From Shigella phage JK55: a DNA stretch of 64,000 bases. The notes under the pieces are model-generated. The model saw only the letters and a program-made list of their open reading frames with translations. It was not told the DNA's origin and did no database searches. Shown in pieces: positions 16,257 to 25,819 of this stretch. The stretch lies in the sequence record MK962758; one strand, given 5' to 3'. Position 1 is the stretch's first letter. Each line of letters begins with the position of its first letter. The position numbers and the translations under genes were made by a program.

Positions 16257-16850
16257 TTAAATCAATGTTTCCAGAACTGTTTTTAGGGATGACTTAGTTG
16301 TCTGATAAAAATGAGTGAATCCGTTGTTGTTATCGAATATCTGCATCATGATATCATCTCCCTTGATTGGGTATACTCGGATATCATAGTGAAACCCGTT
16401 AAAGACAGCAGAACCATTACAGAACACACTAAAATCGTCCACTGAGATATACTCTTCATGTCCTGTGATTTTTATACAGACGCCTTTGCTCGGTCTCTTA
16501 GGGTTGATATCTTCCATCACAGACATACTCTGTCCACCAAGAGATACCATAGTGACCACTTTACGGTTCTTCTGTCTAAAGTACATTTTAACTTTCTGTA
16601 AAGTGTCTTCATAGAACGGATAAGACTTCTCTACAAAGATTCCTTCAAGTGGCTCTTTACCATTTTCAACTTCTCTGGTATGTCGTACTGCAAAGATAAT
16701 TTGTTGGAACCAGTCAAGATTTTCTTCGGAGAGTGCTTCACGAACATCACTCCAGTCAAGGACTAGGTAGTTACCTTCAACTTCTTTTAAGTTATCTTTT
16801 TCCATAGCTATCACACCATTATCGTAAAACTTGGTAGGCTGGTACTGCAA
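16257..16850 (-). CDS. hypothetical protein
   Basis: ORF in co-directional minus-strand block. Confidence 0.5.
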   Translation of the reverse strand: MQYQPTKFYDNGVIAMEKDNLKEVEGNYLVLDWSDVREALSEENLDWFQQIIFAVRHTREVENGKEPLEGIFVEKSYPFYEDTLQKVKMYFRQKNRKVVTMVSLGGQSMSVMEDINPKRPSKGVCIKITGHEEYISVDDFSVFCNGSAVFNGFHYDIRVYPIKGDDIMMQIFDNNNGFTHFYQTTKSSLKTVLETLI

Positions 16851-17283
16851 ACTTGTTGCTGTTGTGCTTAATAAGGTCTTCTTCTGTTACTAAGAATGTA
16901 ATCCCACATAAGTGCGTATAGTGGCTGTCATACTCAAATATTTTAAGTAAGTATTTACCATCATGATAGACAGATTCTACTACACCTTTTGCAACAATCT
17001 TTCCAGTCTTGAAATCTTTAAGAGGGTATGTATTACCGACTCTAGGGACTGTTTTCATCTCAGGCTCTTTTAGCTTATCACCAGCTTCTACATCACCTAG
17101 CAAGTGAGAACTTTCAAAAGCTACATATTGCATATAAGCCTCTGAGCATTCCCAGATAAAACAATGTACAAGAGCCTTAGCAGCATGTCTTGAACAATTC
17201 AACTTATCACAAATCTCTTTGTACATTTCATCTTTAGTTGAGTTGTCAAGCATTGCTTTTTGAACGACTTCTTTAATTTTCAT
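16819..17283 (-). CDS. hypothetical protein
   Basis: ORF; overlaps neighbour by about 30 nt so true start may be internal. Confidence 0.45.
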   Translation of the reverse strand: MKIKEVVQKAMLDNSTKDEMYKEICDKLNCSRHAAKALVHCFIWECSEAYMQYVAFESSHLLGDVEAGDKLKEPEMKTVPRVGNTYPLKDFKTGKIVAKGVVESVYHDGKYLLKIFEYDSHYTHLCGITFLVTEEDLIKHNSNKFAVPAYQVLR

Positions 17284-17335
17284 TTCGCTACCTTCTAAGC
17301 TTCTATAAAGGGGCTATCAAGTAACCCCTAAGTTA

Positions 17336-17560
17336 TTACTCAGACTTTTCAGTCTTCTTATCAGATTTCTTACTAGTCTTCTTCTCAGCTTTCTGCTCAG
17401 GTTCCTTCTCAGAAGTTGCCTTAATAACCATATCAAGAAGCTCTGATAAGTCACTCTTCAGCAAAGTAACAGGCTGCTCGTTGTAGAAGTTTTTGTCAAG
17501 ATAAACTTTAAACTCTTCTATAGAAGGAAATCCAAAAATTGGTACAGGTGTTTTAATCAT
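17336..17560 (-). CDS. hypothetical small protein with Lys/Glu-rich C-terminus
   Basis: ORF 74 aa. Confidence 0.4.
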   Translation of the reverse strand: MIKTPVPIFGFPSIEEFKVYLDKNFYNEQPVTLLKSDLSELLDMVIKATSEKEPEQKAEKKTSKKSDKKTEKSE

Positions 17561-17636
17561 TACTTAGTCTCTCCATAGGCATCTTTTAAGATTGCCTTGT
17601 TAATCATTTCAGCGATTGCAAAACGAACACATACAG

Positions 17637-18170
17637 CTATAATTGTAGGTTGCATTCTTTACTTACCTCTTCAAGTTTAACCTCAGAATCCTTAAGTCGT
17701 TTCTTATGAACTCTGAACCTTATTAGTGAGATGATAATACCAGCTAAAGGAACAGCATACAAGTACCAGATATCGTGTATCTTTGCAGTAATCTGTGTAA
17801 TGGTCAAGTCTTGAGCTATGCAGCTAATTGCTGATACTGCCAGTAACATTGCTAAGAAGAACGCCAGTACCATAACAATACTTAGGCAACCTCTGGCATG
17901 GTGTTCATGCTTAATACACTTATTCTTTTCGTCAACAACTCTGTTGTAGTCATTTGCAAAGTCTCTGTAGAAAGCTTTCAAGTATTCTTGAGTGTAGCCT
18001 TCAAAGCAACCTGTACCATACCAATAATCACCACCAAAATGTGCTATGATACCAACCTCTCCATTTGGTTTCGTCACTCTTAAAGAAGTATGATGGCAAG
18101 TATCCTGAAAATCTATCTTGTATCTTTCTTCGTAAATCATTTTCCAACCCCTCTCAATCGTTTGTTCCAC
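17637..18170 (-). CDS. hypothetical membrane protein (two predicted TM helices in C-terminal half)
   Basis: Hydrophobic stretches VMVLAFFLAMLLAVSAI and YLYAVPLAGIIISLI. Confidence 0.5.
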   Translation of the reverse strand: MEQTIERGWKMIYEERYKIDFQDTCHHTSLRVTKPNGEVGIIAHFGGDYWYGTGCFEGYTQEYLKAFYRDFANDYNRVVDEKNKCIKHEHHARGCLSIVMVLAFFLAMLLAVSAISCIAQDLTITQITAKIHDIWYLYAVPLAGIIISLIRFRVHKKRLKDSEVKLEEVSKECNLQL

Positions 18171-18355
18171 TCAAGGTCAACAAGTCTTTGCAGGACTTTC
18201 CCTCTAGGTGTTACGCCTTTTAAATCTGCATCGTAGCAACGGTAAAAGTCACCTTCAGCGTGTTTACCGTAGCATTTTCTGATATTCTGACTTCTGCGAT
18301 ACTGTTCTAACAGGGAAAGTTTGTAGTAATCTTCAACTGTAGTTAACTTTTTCAT
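18137..18355 (-). CDS. hypothetical small protein
   Basis: ORF 72 aa overlapping neighbour. Confidence 0.4.
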   Translation of the reverse strand: MKKLTTVEDYYKLSLLEQYRRSQNIRKCYGKHAEGDFYRCYDADLKGVTPRGKVLQRLVDLEWNKRLRGVGK

Positions 18356-18438
18356 TCTTTTACCATGTCTCTTCTCTAGAAACTAAAAAGGGAACTACCT
18401 CTCGATAGCTCCCATCATAATCAGTTTTGTATACTCGG

Positions 18439-19020
18439 TCAAGAGTATTTTTTAGGCAGTAACGCACTACGCTTGTTACTCTCTTCACTCAATAGTGCAA
18501 TGAAATCATCACTTTTACCTTTCCACGGGCTGAATGAAGGGATATGTTCACGGATAGCCTCGATAACCGTCTTAAGTGCTGTGTTCTTCATCCACCAATC
18601 AGAATCTGCTGATGCTACCACGTAGTATCCACCGTCATCAGTTAAAATTGGCTCTGAAATACATGGTGAAATTAAAGTGGTGATGATTGAACCATTGTTC
18701 ATGTAATATGTGCGCTTAATAACCTTTTCAAGAAGCTTGTGAAGGTCACCAAACAGTGTTACAAGTTCTTTGTGGTCGATGTCTTTTTCTAGGTTTGCTC
18801 GGTACTTCAATAGTGCAGCGTCAACCTCTCTATCATTAAACTTGAAGTACTGGACTTCATCAACAAGGCAAACACTGATGTTGTTAACATTCATAGTCAG
18901 CTTGCAAACTTTTGCAGGAGAGTTGATGCTTGGTTGAAAAAGTGCAACACACCCTTCAATATTCCCAAAGTGTTGTACAAGTGTTACTTGTGGAATGATA
19001 TCCTGTTGCTCTTCGGACAT
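18439..19020 (-). CDS. hypothetical protein
   Basis: ORF 193 aa. Confidence 0.5.
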   Translation of the reverse strand: MSEEQQDIIPQVTLVQHFGNIEGCVALFQPSINSPAKVCKLTMNVNNISVCLVDEVQYFKFNDREVDAALLKYRANLEKDIDHKELVTLFGDLHKLLEKVIKRTYYMNNGSIITTLISPCISEPILTDDGGYYVVASADSDWWMKNTALKTVIEAIREHIPSFSPWKGKSDDFIALLSEESNKRSALLPKKYS

Positions 19021-19364
19021 TACAGTTTCCTCATTAAATACTTTTTAAGTTGTGTGTTAGGTTTCTCAAAAACTTCTATAGAAGATATCTTAACAGATTC
19101 ACCACGCATACCAGTATGTTTGAATATGTAATACTCTAACATCCCTATGTACTTTGCTGGTAAGTCATATTTGACATACACCGTCACAGAATCTTCAAAT
19201 TCGACAACCTTTGTACCATCTTTGTAGTTAAACTCTTTAGGATGGTTGTAGTTGTCTATATCGTACATTAAAAAGAGTCTTTTACGTTGTAAGTCAAGCT
19301 TATTTGTTAAAGACTCTTTAATATCTGAGAAGTTTTTGTACACTGTGACATGGAGCTTACTCAT
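19020..19364 (-). CDS. hypothetical protein
   Basis: ORF 114 aa, start/stop overlap with neighbours. Confidence 0.5.
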   Translation of the reverse strand: MSKLHVTVYKNFSDIKESLTNKLDLQRKRLFLMYDIDNYNHPKEFNYKDGTKVVEFEDSVTVYVKYDLPAKYIGMLEYYIFKHTGMRGESVKISSIEVFEKPNTQLKKYLMRKL

Positions 19365-19650
19365 CGTTAAACTCTCTGACGAAGAAATAGTTGACTTTGT
19401 TATTACCTACCATAAGGTCAAAGCAGGTATTTTCAAAAGGTTTGTTGTAGGCATCGTATGAAATATATGGGTCAGCTACTTGCTTAGTGCTTAACTTCTT
19501 ACTTGATGGATTTAAGAGGCCACCATACAGTTTCTTGATAGCCTCTTCTACAACAGACCAGATAATTTCGTCAGTAATTTCTTCGTACAGGTCAAGTTCA
19601 CGCTCTAGTGAGAAGTCACAAATTGGGAAAATAACCTGTACTTTACTCAT
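19357..19650 (-). CDS. hypothetical protein
   Basis: ORF 97 aa. Confidence 0.45.
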   Translation of the reverse strand: MSKVQVIFPICDFSLERELDLYEEITDEIIWSVVEEAIKKLYGGLLNPSSKKLSTKQVADPYISYDAYNKPFENTCFDLMVGNNKVNYFFVREFNDE

Positions 19651-20039
19651 TAACGAATAACCTGTGTGACTTGAATTGCTTCAGTTACAGACAAGTCCCC
19701 TACTTTCTCTTCTTTGACAAAGGTGAAGGTAAGCTCAACAGGCTCTTGCTCTTCTTGCTCAACTGGAACACCATTAAGCTCATCAAAGATTGATTGAGTT
19801 GTCCAGTCTTCTCCACCATCTGGATAGTGGATTGCGTAAAGAGGGAACTCGATGCCAAACCAACCAAATACAGGGCAACCATCTTCATCATCACGCACTC
19901 TGCGAAGGGTGCTACCTGAGTCTGTAAAACGAAGACTAATATTGCCGTTACACTCAAAAATTATTGCATCAGCGAGACCAATATCTTCTCGACCATCATG
20001 AGCAAAAGTGTCAACTTTTACTTGAATCTCTTTATTCAT
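19650..20039 (-). CDS. hypothetical protein
   Basis: ORF 129 aa. Confidence 0.5.
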   Translation of the reverse strand: MNKEIQVKVDTFAHDGREDIGLADAIIFECNGNISLRFTDSGSTLRRVRDDEDGCPVFGWFGIEFPLYAIHYPDGGEDWTTQSIFDELNGVPVEQEEQEPVELTFTFVKEEKVGDLSVTEAIQVTQVIR

Positions 20040-20430
20040 AAAAACCTCTCTCTGCTAGTTTTATCTTTTCTCTTAGAGTTTCGCAACGCTCAATGTGGTA
20101 GTTTGCTTCACGCTCATGGGTTGCTAACTCTCTTTCAAGGATGGATTTATAATAACCTGCTAATTGCTCTTCTGTCAATGGGTGTTCAGAAATAATATCT
20201 AATCCACTTTCTCCAAGAGGGTTGAACCGACCATACTCGTCCACTTTGTATATCTCGAACCTGAAAAACCCATTTTTAGCATGAGTAATAGGTGATAGCT
20301 CAGCTAACTCTACAGTGAACTTTGTACAAACCTTATCACCACTTACTACAATCTGGCTGCCAATGATTCTCACCATTGAGCCATTGCGAGTGTACTTAAA
20401 AGTTCCAAAGTCACTAGCCCAAAGTTTCAT
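20032..20430 (-). CDS. hypothetical protein
   Basis: ORF 132 aa. Confidence 0.5.
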   Translation of the reverse strand: MKLWASDFGTFKYTRNGSMVRIIGSQIVVSGDKVCTKFTVELAELSPITHAKNGFFRFEIYKVDEYGRFNPLGESGLDIISEHPLTEEQLAGYYKSILERELATHEREANYHIERCETLREKIKLAERGFYE

Positions 20431-20481
20431 AGCTTTCTCCTTAGAAAATAAAAAAGGCTCCCGAAGGAGCCTATGAAGATA

Positions 20482-20946
20482 TTACTTTGGATATAGATTG
20501 TCAAGATAAATGTCAGCTTCCATTCTACGTCTGTTTTTCAGTCCGTTTGAAGTGACCTTCTGACCTTTGACTGTAACCTTGTTCCACCACTGCATAGCTT
20601 CTGCACAACCTACCTTATTACCAGCATTGTGTCGCTTGATAAATGTAGAATCCTGCATAGCTGTGATACCGATGTTGTATGTTTCACTTACAAGTGCATC
20701 GAACTCGTTCTGAGAAGTTGGAACCTTGATAGCTTTATTCACTGCTGCAACGAACTTCTCAACATCTGCAAGAAGATACCGTTCAGCTTGTTCAGCAGTA
20801 ATTTTCATACCCATCTTAACAGGTTTTCCGTCAATACGGATTGTACCATACCCGATTGTTGGGATTCCGGCAGAGTCTTCGTAAGCCTCTAACTTCAGAC
20901 CTTCAAAGAACTTAATAGCTTCTAAACCTTTTCTTGAGAGTTGCAT
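20482..20946 (-). CDS. endolysin, T4-lysozyme-like (glycoside hydrolase family 24)
   Basis: N-terminal GLEAIKFFEGLKLEAYEDSAGIPTIGYGT matches the catalytic E...D...T region of GH24 phage lysozymes. Confidence 0.75.
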   Translation of the reverse strand: MQLSRKGLEAIKFFEGLKLEAYEDSAGIPTIGYGTIRIDGKPVKMGMKITAEQAERYLLADVEKFVAAVNKAIKVPTSQNEFDALVSETYNIGITAMQDSTFIKRHNAGNKVGCAEAMQWWNKVTVKGQKVTSNGLKNRRRMEADIYLDNLYPK

Positions 20947-21830
20947 TATGCCTCCCCTGCTGGGTTAACTGTAACTGTTGCCGCATTAGATGTTACAGAG
21001 CCACCTGCGCCAGTCACTACACAGGTGTAGCTTCCTGCATCAGCAGCGGTTGCACCTTCTTTGGTGTAAGTTGCAGCAGTTGCGTCTGGGATGACTTCCT
21101 CATCTTTCTTCCACTGATAACCTGTTGCACCTGTTGCCACAACATTCAACGTTAAGGTCTCACCTTCATTGATTTCTTGATTGGTTGGCTGTTGAGTGAT
21201 GACAGGAAGTGCATTCACAGTCACTGTTGCTGCATCTGAGGTAACACTTGTTCCACCCTCTCCAGATACAACACAAGTGTATGAACCAGCATCAGAAGGT
21301 GCTACTGACTGTTTTGTGTAAGTTGCAGAATTGGCACTAGGGATGTCCTCACCATCCTTCTTCCACTGATATCCAGTGGCGTTAGTTGCTAGAATGCTTA
21401 GAGTAAGTGTGCCACCCTCATTGACTGTTTGACCTGTCGGTTGCTGAGTAATTGCTGGTGGCTTAATAGCATCCTTCAACTTAGCATTCAACATTGAGAA
21501 CGGCTTAACTCTTGCCAACCATTCACAGTAAATTGTGTCAACATCTTTACCATTGATGATTGCATACTGCAAATCCATGAAGAAATCAGCAGTTCTCATC
21601 TGTGCACCAACACTGTAAAGCAATTCATCACTAAATGGAACTTTGTAGTCTGGTTTGTAGTCAAACTTCTCAACTTCTGCAATATCAGCTTCAGGCCAAT
21701 ATGAACTATAGGTAAGTGGTAAAATAGCCTCTTGATATGTTCTAAAATCATACCTCTTACCAGCCTTTACATTTGCAATGAAACCCTTCACAAACTCTTT
21801 GAAGTCTGGGTAAGTCTTTGCTTTAATCAT
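20946..21830 (-). CDS. protein with N-terminal domain paralogous to 21827..22198 and two C-terminal Ig-like repeats
   Basis: Two about 85-aa repeats each ending AGSYTCVV(S/T)G and ATVTVN (Ig-like signature); N-terminal 125 aa alignable by eye with the adjacent upstream gene product. Confidence 0.55.
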   Translation of the reverse strand: MIKAKTYPDFKEFVKGFIANVKAGKRYDFRTYQEAILPLTYSSYWPEADIAEVEKFDYKPDYKVPFSDELLYSVGAQMRTADFFMDLQYAIINGKDVDTIYCEWLARVKPFSMLNAKLKDAIKPPAITQQPTGQTVNEGGTLTLSILATNATGYQWKKDGEDIPSANSATYTKQSVAPSDAGSYTCVVSGEGGTSVTSDAATVTVNALPVITQQPTNQEINEGETLTLNVVATGATGYQWKKDEEVIPDATAATYTKEGATAADAGSYTCVVTGAGGSVTSNAATVTVNPAGEA

Positions 21831-22198
21831 TTCTTTTTAGCCTCTAAATGTGCGTTTAGTTTAAAATAACCTTTGTGATGCGGAGATACATCACCAACAA
21901 CAATACCTTTAACCTTATAGCCTTTACCAATTACATACTGGATATCCATAAGGAATCTTCCAAGTCCAACAATATGGAACATTGGATATAATAGGTTCTC
22001 AGAATCTGGAATATTGATTTCAGGTTTGTAGGTACGCTGTTCGATTGTTGGTGTAATATCTTCTTCAGGCCATTTGCTGAGTCTCCATGTCAAAGGTGTT
22101 GGGATAACATCATTAAGGTTGTACCTTTCACCATTTTGCACGGAATTGATATAGGATTGTAGGAAGCAATAAAAGTCTTTTGCACTCTTAGCTTTCAT
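21827..22198 (-). CDS. hypothetical protein, paralog of N-terminal domain of 20946..21830
   Basis: Shared pattern K..DF..F...I..V..G.RY........P......W.E.DI......YKP... Confidence 0.5.
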   Translation of the reverse strand: MKAKSAKDFYCFLQSYINSVQNGERYNLNDVIPTPLTWRLSKWPEEDITPTIEQRTYKPEINIPDSENLLYPMFHIVGLGRFLMDIQYVIGKGYKVKGIVVGDVSPHHKGYFKLNAHLEAKKK

Positions 22199-22245
22199 TA
22201 AATATCCTTATAAATAGTTAAAGGGGCATCAGCCCCTATTCACAC

Positions 22246-22836
22246 TTAAGCTTTGGTCTTAAGTAGGTTCTTAAGTTTTTTAAGATTCATACTCTCATCA
22301 AACTTAAAACCAAATCCATTGACATAATCAATGAACTCGGATTTCTTACTAAGTGACAATGCGTAACTCATATCAAAGTTCTTACTTGTTTCTGCGTCTG
22401 GACTAGAGTTCACATCAAATGAAATTTCTGTAGGCTCTTGCTTACTTTTTCTCATATTATCAACCAACAAACATGTATAGTTTGCTGGATAGAAGTTTAC
22501 ACTACCATCAACGTAGCTGTATTTATTATTATGGATAAGGTTGGAAAATACCTTAAGGAATGTTTCTGAGTCGTGGCAAACAAGTTTGAATTGGCTGCTC
22601 TCTCCAAGCGCAACTAATGAGTACGGACTTTCACTATCAAAGTCATAATTTGGATTCGATGCCGTCACTGTTACACGCATCAAGTTATTAGCAATAGTCT
22701 TCTGTTTAAAAGAATTTTGAACATAGTGAAGACCCCTCTCACACTGATTGACTAGCTCTTTAAGTAGGTCATTTGCATATGGTGAGTTAATTGATACAGA
22801 GCCATCACTATTGTAATTAAAACTTACTGTTAACAT
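22246..22836 (-). CDS. hypothetical protein
   Basis: ORF 196 aa. Confidence 0.5.
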   Translation of the reverse strand: MLTVSFNYNSDGSVSINSPYANDLLKELVNQCERGLHYVQNSFKQKTIANNLMRVTVTASNPNYDFDSESPYSLVALGESSQFKLVCHDSETFLKVFSNLIHNNKYSYVDGSVNFYPANYTCLLVDNMRKSKQEPTEISFDVNSSPDAETSKNFDMSYALSLSKKSEFIDYVNGFGFKFDESMNLKKLKNLLKTKA

Positions 22837-23063
22837 TTTTCAGTTCTCCTGCGATTTATAATTTTGCTGCAATAGAAAAACGAAGTAAACTCACTGGAAG
22901 AAACCACTAAGTGTTGTTCACTAGATTGAGCCATTGCCCTGAAATACATTCCAGTCAAAGCATCATAGTGACTATTCTTTCCAATTGAGGTTATATAGCC
23001 ATGACTCTTTGCAGTTTGATATAAATCTATAATATCTGCGATTTCTAATTGGGAACTACACAT
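22830..23063 (-). CDS. hypothetical small protein
   Basis: ORF 77 aa. Confidence 0.4.
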   Translation of the reverse strand: MCSSQLEIADIIDLYQTAKSHGYITSIGKNSHYDALTGMYFRAMAQSSEQHLVVSSSEFTSFFYCSKIINRRRTEKC

Positions 23064-23227
23064 AGATAATCCTCTTGTCTTCTGTAATTTTGAAAGAACA
23101 GGTACAGACCAATTTCAGAGGATGAATAGTAGATTAACTCTACCCTTTTTGATTCCTTACAGTGATTGGTATTCTTACCTTTCTTCGGTTTATTTGATTT
23201 TCTCATTAAGTCTCCTTTGTAGAACAA
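23045..23227 (-). CDS. hypothetical small basic protein
   Basis: ORF 60 aa, first gene of minus-strand block. Confidence 0.35.
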   Translation of the reverse strand: MFYKGDLMRKSNKPKKGKNTNHCKESKRVELIYYSSSEIGLYLFFQNYRRQEDYLCVVPN

Positions 23228-23455
23228 GGCAGACCTACAGCTTTAAGTAAGATGGTACAGTAATCCATACAACAAGTCAAGAACTATTGCAAGTTAAAAA
23301 AGTTGTTGACAAAGTACTTGACAAGGTGTAGGCTTATAAATACTTAGAAGATAACTTAAAAGGTTCCTCTAAAAAGGCTATTTAAACAGATATCTTTCTG
23401 GATATCTATCTTTTATCTTAAAAGCCTTTTAAGAGGTCTTATAAGAGGCATACCA

Positions 23456-23827
23456 ATGAAAAACAGAACAAACAAAGGCCAGTTTAAAAAAGGCCAGTCT
23501 GGAAACCCATCTGGAAGACCGAAAGGCTCACGTAACAAAAGCTCTCTCGTAAAAGCTCAACTGACCATTGATAATTCTGCTGAGTTTGCTGCAAAGTTGT
23601 TTGAGGCGATTGTTACAAGGGATGCTGCTAAGCTTGCAGAGTTCGGTTTGACGACTGACGATGTAAACCTGAAGTCGATGATGGAAGCTGGTAAAACTAT
23701 CATGACCCACTCAGCAGGTGAGATGAAAGCGATTGCAGCAGACACTAAGAAAACCCCTGATAATGGTGGTCAAACCCAGACAGATAACAAACCAACGTTT
23801 TCTGCTGTAGCGACTCTCAAAAAATAA
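23456..23827 (+). CDS. hypothetical protein with N-terminal basic GNPSGRPKGSRN motif (DNA/RNA-binding-like)
   Basis: Motif KGQSGNPSGRPKGSRNK near N-terminus; TTGACA boxes upstream at 23305-23322. Confidence 0.45.
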   Translation: MKNRTNKGQFKKGQSGNPSGRPKGSRNKSSLVKAQLTIDNSAEFAAKLFEAIVTRDAAKLAEFGLTTDDVNLKSMMEAGKTIMTHSAGEMKAIAADTKKTPDNGGQTQTDNKPTFSAVATLKK

Positions 23828-23839
23828 TTTTAAAAGGTG

Positions 23840-23875
23840 TTGACAGACTCTATAAAGTTGCTCTAAAGTCTGTCA
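23840..23875 (+). promoter_or_regulatory. promoter-like TTGACA overlapping 9-bp inverted repeat TGACAGACT-N17-AGTCTGTCA (operator-like)
   Basis: Perfect inverted repeat 23841-23849 / 23867-23875 upstream of the vWA gene. Confidence 0.4.
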
Positions 23876-23908
23876 CATCAAACAACAAATGAGAGAAGAG
23901 AGTAAAAT

Positions 23909-25324
23909 ATGAGCGAATTATTTAAACATGCGCACCTTCATGCAGGTCGAACTGAAAATGGTGCTGTAAACCATACTTCATCAATGTCTGCTCTAGTAAA
24001 CTTTTACAAAGCTGCTGGTTCAAGCCGTAGCAATGTAGAAATCTTACCAGACCTGTTCTACAAAGCTTTGCGTGAGGATGTTGATGTTGCAGTTCGTATT
24101 TTACTGCATATGCGAGATGTACGAGAAGGTATGGGTGAGCGTAAAGCCTTCAGAACTGTTTTGCTTCAAGCAATTGAAGACAAAGTTTTAGAGCCTACAC
24201 AGGTTCTTCGCATTATGGATAAGGTTGCAGAACTTGGTCGTTTTGATGACTTCAAAATCTTCGTAGGTACTCGTTTCGAGACGGATGCCTTCAAACATTT
24301 AGAGGCAGCATTACTAGACCCTGCAACAGCAGGTTTGGCAGCTAAGTGGTTACCACGAGTCAAACCACGTCATAAGCAGTTTGTAAAACGTTTCTGCAAG
24401 TTTGCCAACTTGAGTGAGAAAGAGTACCGCACACTGTTATCTGCACTGTCTGATACGGTTGAGCAAAAAATCTCTGCTAATGAGTTTGGTAAGATTGACT
24501 ACAGCAAGATTCCTTCACTCGCTGCTGCACGTTACCAAAAGCTCTTTAACCGTAAAGATGGAGAACGTTACAAAGCTTACATCGAATCACTCTCAAAGGG
24601 TGAGGCTAAGATTAACGCTGGTGCTGTTTATCCATACGATGTGATTAAGTCTATCAAGCATGGTAATGCAGATGTTGCCAATGAGCAGTGGAAAGCACTA
24701 CCAAACTGGATGGCAGAAGGTGAGAACATCTTGTGTATGACTGATGTTTCAAGCTCAATGTCTTGGGTGAATCTTGGTTCAATCACTGCTCTGGATATTG
24801 GTGTATCACTTGCCTTGTATGTAGCAGAACGCAATACAGGTTGCTTTAAGAATGAGTTAATGGTTTATTCAACAAACCCTCACTTCATCGAACTGAGTGG
24901 TGATTTACGAAACCGTCATCGTCAGGTGATGCGACACGTTGAATATGGCTCAACTAACTTACAAGCAGCTTTTGACCGCATTCTTGAAACAGGTAAAAGA
25001 AACAACTTGACTCAGAAAGATATGCCAAGTAAGCTTATCATCTTCTCCGATATGGAGTTCAATCAGGTTGATGGAGCTAACGGTCGTACAAACTTTGAAG
25101 CAATTCAGAGTAAGTACAAAAAAGCTGGATATGAGATGCCACAACTGGTATTCTGGTACTTAGCAAACCGTAATGGTACTTGCGAAGTGTCTGTTAAGGA
25201 TAACGGTGTAGCAATGGTATCTGGTTTCTCTCCAGCCACTTTAAAAGCTTTGCTTGGTGGTGAGAAGTTTGACCCAATCAGTGTAATGCTCAAAGCAGTA
25301 ATGATTGACCGTTACATCTGGTAA
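23909..25324 (+). CDS. vWA-domain protein with MIDAS motif (DUF2828-like or Ro60/TROVE-like; unresolved)
   Basis: MIDAS-type DxSxS motif (CMTDVSSSMS) at about residue 280; N-terminal TENGA motif; lies directly upstream of the tRNA array. Confidence 0.5.
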   Translation: MSELFKHAHLHAGRTENGAVNHTSSMSALVNFYKAAGSSRSNVEILPDLFYKALREDVDVAVRILLHMRDVREGMGERKAFRTVLLQAIEDKVLEPTQVLRIMDKVAELGRFDDFKIFVGTRFETDAFKHLEAALLDPATAGLAAKWLPRVKPRHKQFVKRFCKFANLSEKEYRTLLSALSDTVEQKISANEFGKIDYSKIPSLAAARYQKLFNRKDGERYKAYIESLSKGEAKINAGAVYPYDVIKSIKHGNADVANEQWKALPNWMAEGENILCMTDVSSSMSWVNLGSITALDIGVSLALYVAERNTGCFKNELMVYSTNPHFIELSGDLRNRHRQVMRHVEYGSTNLQAAFDRILETGKRNNLTQKDMPSKLIIFSDMEFNQVDGANGRTNFEAIQSKYKKAGYEMPQLVFWYLANRNGTCEVSVKDNGVAMVSGFSPATLKALLGGEKFDPISVMLKAVMIDRYIW

Positions 25325-25342
25325 AAAGTTTCAAAAAGGGTA

Positions 25343-25371
25343 TTGACAATGTGTTTGATACCCTTTAATAT
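25343..25371 (+). promoter_or_regulatory. sigma70-like promoter ahead of tRNA cluster (TTGACA-17-TAATAT)
   Basis: -35 25343-25348, -10 25366-25371. Confidence 0.55.
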
Positions 25372-25489
25372 GTTCTACATAGAAACGAAACGAGAGCTTT
25401 TCTAAGATACTGAAAAATATTTTAAAAAAGTTCTTGACAATCACTAAAAAATAATGTTAAAGTGGTTACATAGAGTTTGAAAAGTTTAT

Positions 25490-25566
25490 CTCTGTTTAGC
25501 TCAGCTTGGTAGAGCGTTCCGTTTGGGGCGGTAAGGCCGGAGGTTCAAGTCCTCCAACAGAGACCA
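25490..25566 (+). tRNA. tRNA-Pro (anticodon TGG)
   Basis: Hand-folded cloverleaf: 7-bp acceptor CTCTGTT/AACAGAG, D-arm GCTC..GAGC, anticodon loop TTTGGGG, T-arm GGAGGTTCAAGTCCTCC, CCA encoded. Confidence 0.7.
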
Positions 25567-25573
25567 AATTAAT

Positions 25574-25651
25574 GTTCCAGTAGACAAAATGGTATAGTCA
25601 CCACTCTTTCAAAGTGGATATCTGAGGGTTCAAATCCCTTCTGGAACGCCA
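25574..25651 (+). tRNA. tRNA-Glu (anticodon TTC)
   Basis: Acceptor GTTCCAG/CTGGAAC, anticodon stem CCACT/AGTGG with loop CTTTCAA, T-arm GAGGGTTCAAATCCCTT, CCA encoded. Confidence 0.6.
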
Positions 25652-25738
25652 GTTTTGACAGAAGACCAATTACAGCAAACTGAATCTACTCATCTGACAC
25701 GAAATCGGACAAAGAAGATATTTGGTCTGGTCATTAAG
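25652..25738 (+). ncRNA. repeated structured element, copy a (ACAGAAGACCAATTACAGCAA ... TTGGTCTGG)
   Basis: Shares 5' motif and covarying closing stem with copies b, c, d. Confidence 0.4.
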
Positions 25739-25741
25739 AAT

Positions 25742-25818
25742 TGCGGGTATAGAGAAAGGGCGTCTCACATGTCTCATTAGCATGGTATCGGCAGGTTCGA
25801 CTCCTGCACCCGCCTCCA
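25742..25818 (+). tRNA. tRNA-Met or Ile2 (anticodon CAT)
   Basis: Anticodon loop CTCATTA, T-arm GCAGGTTCGACTCCTGC, acceptor about 6/7 bp, CCA encoded. Confidence 0.55.
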
Positions 25819-25819
25819 A

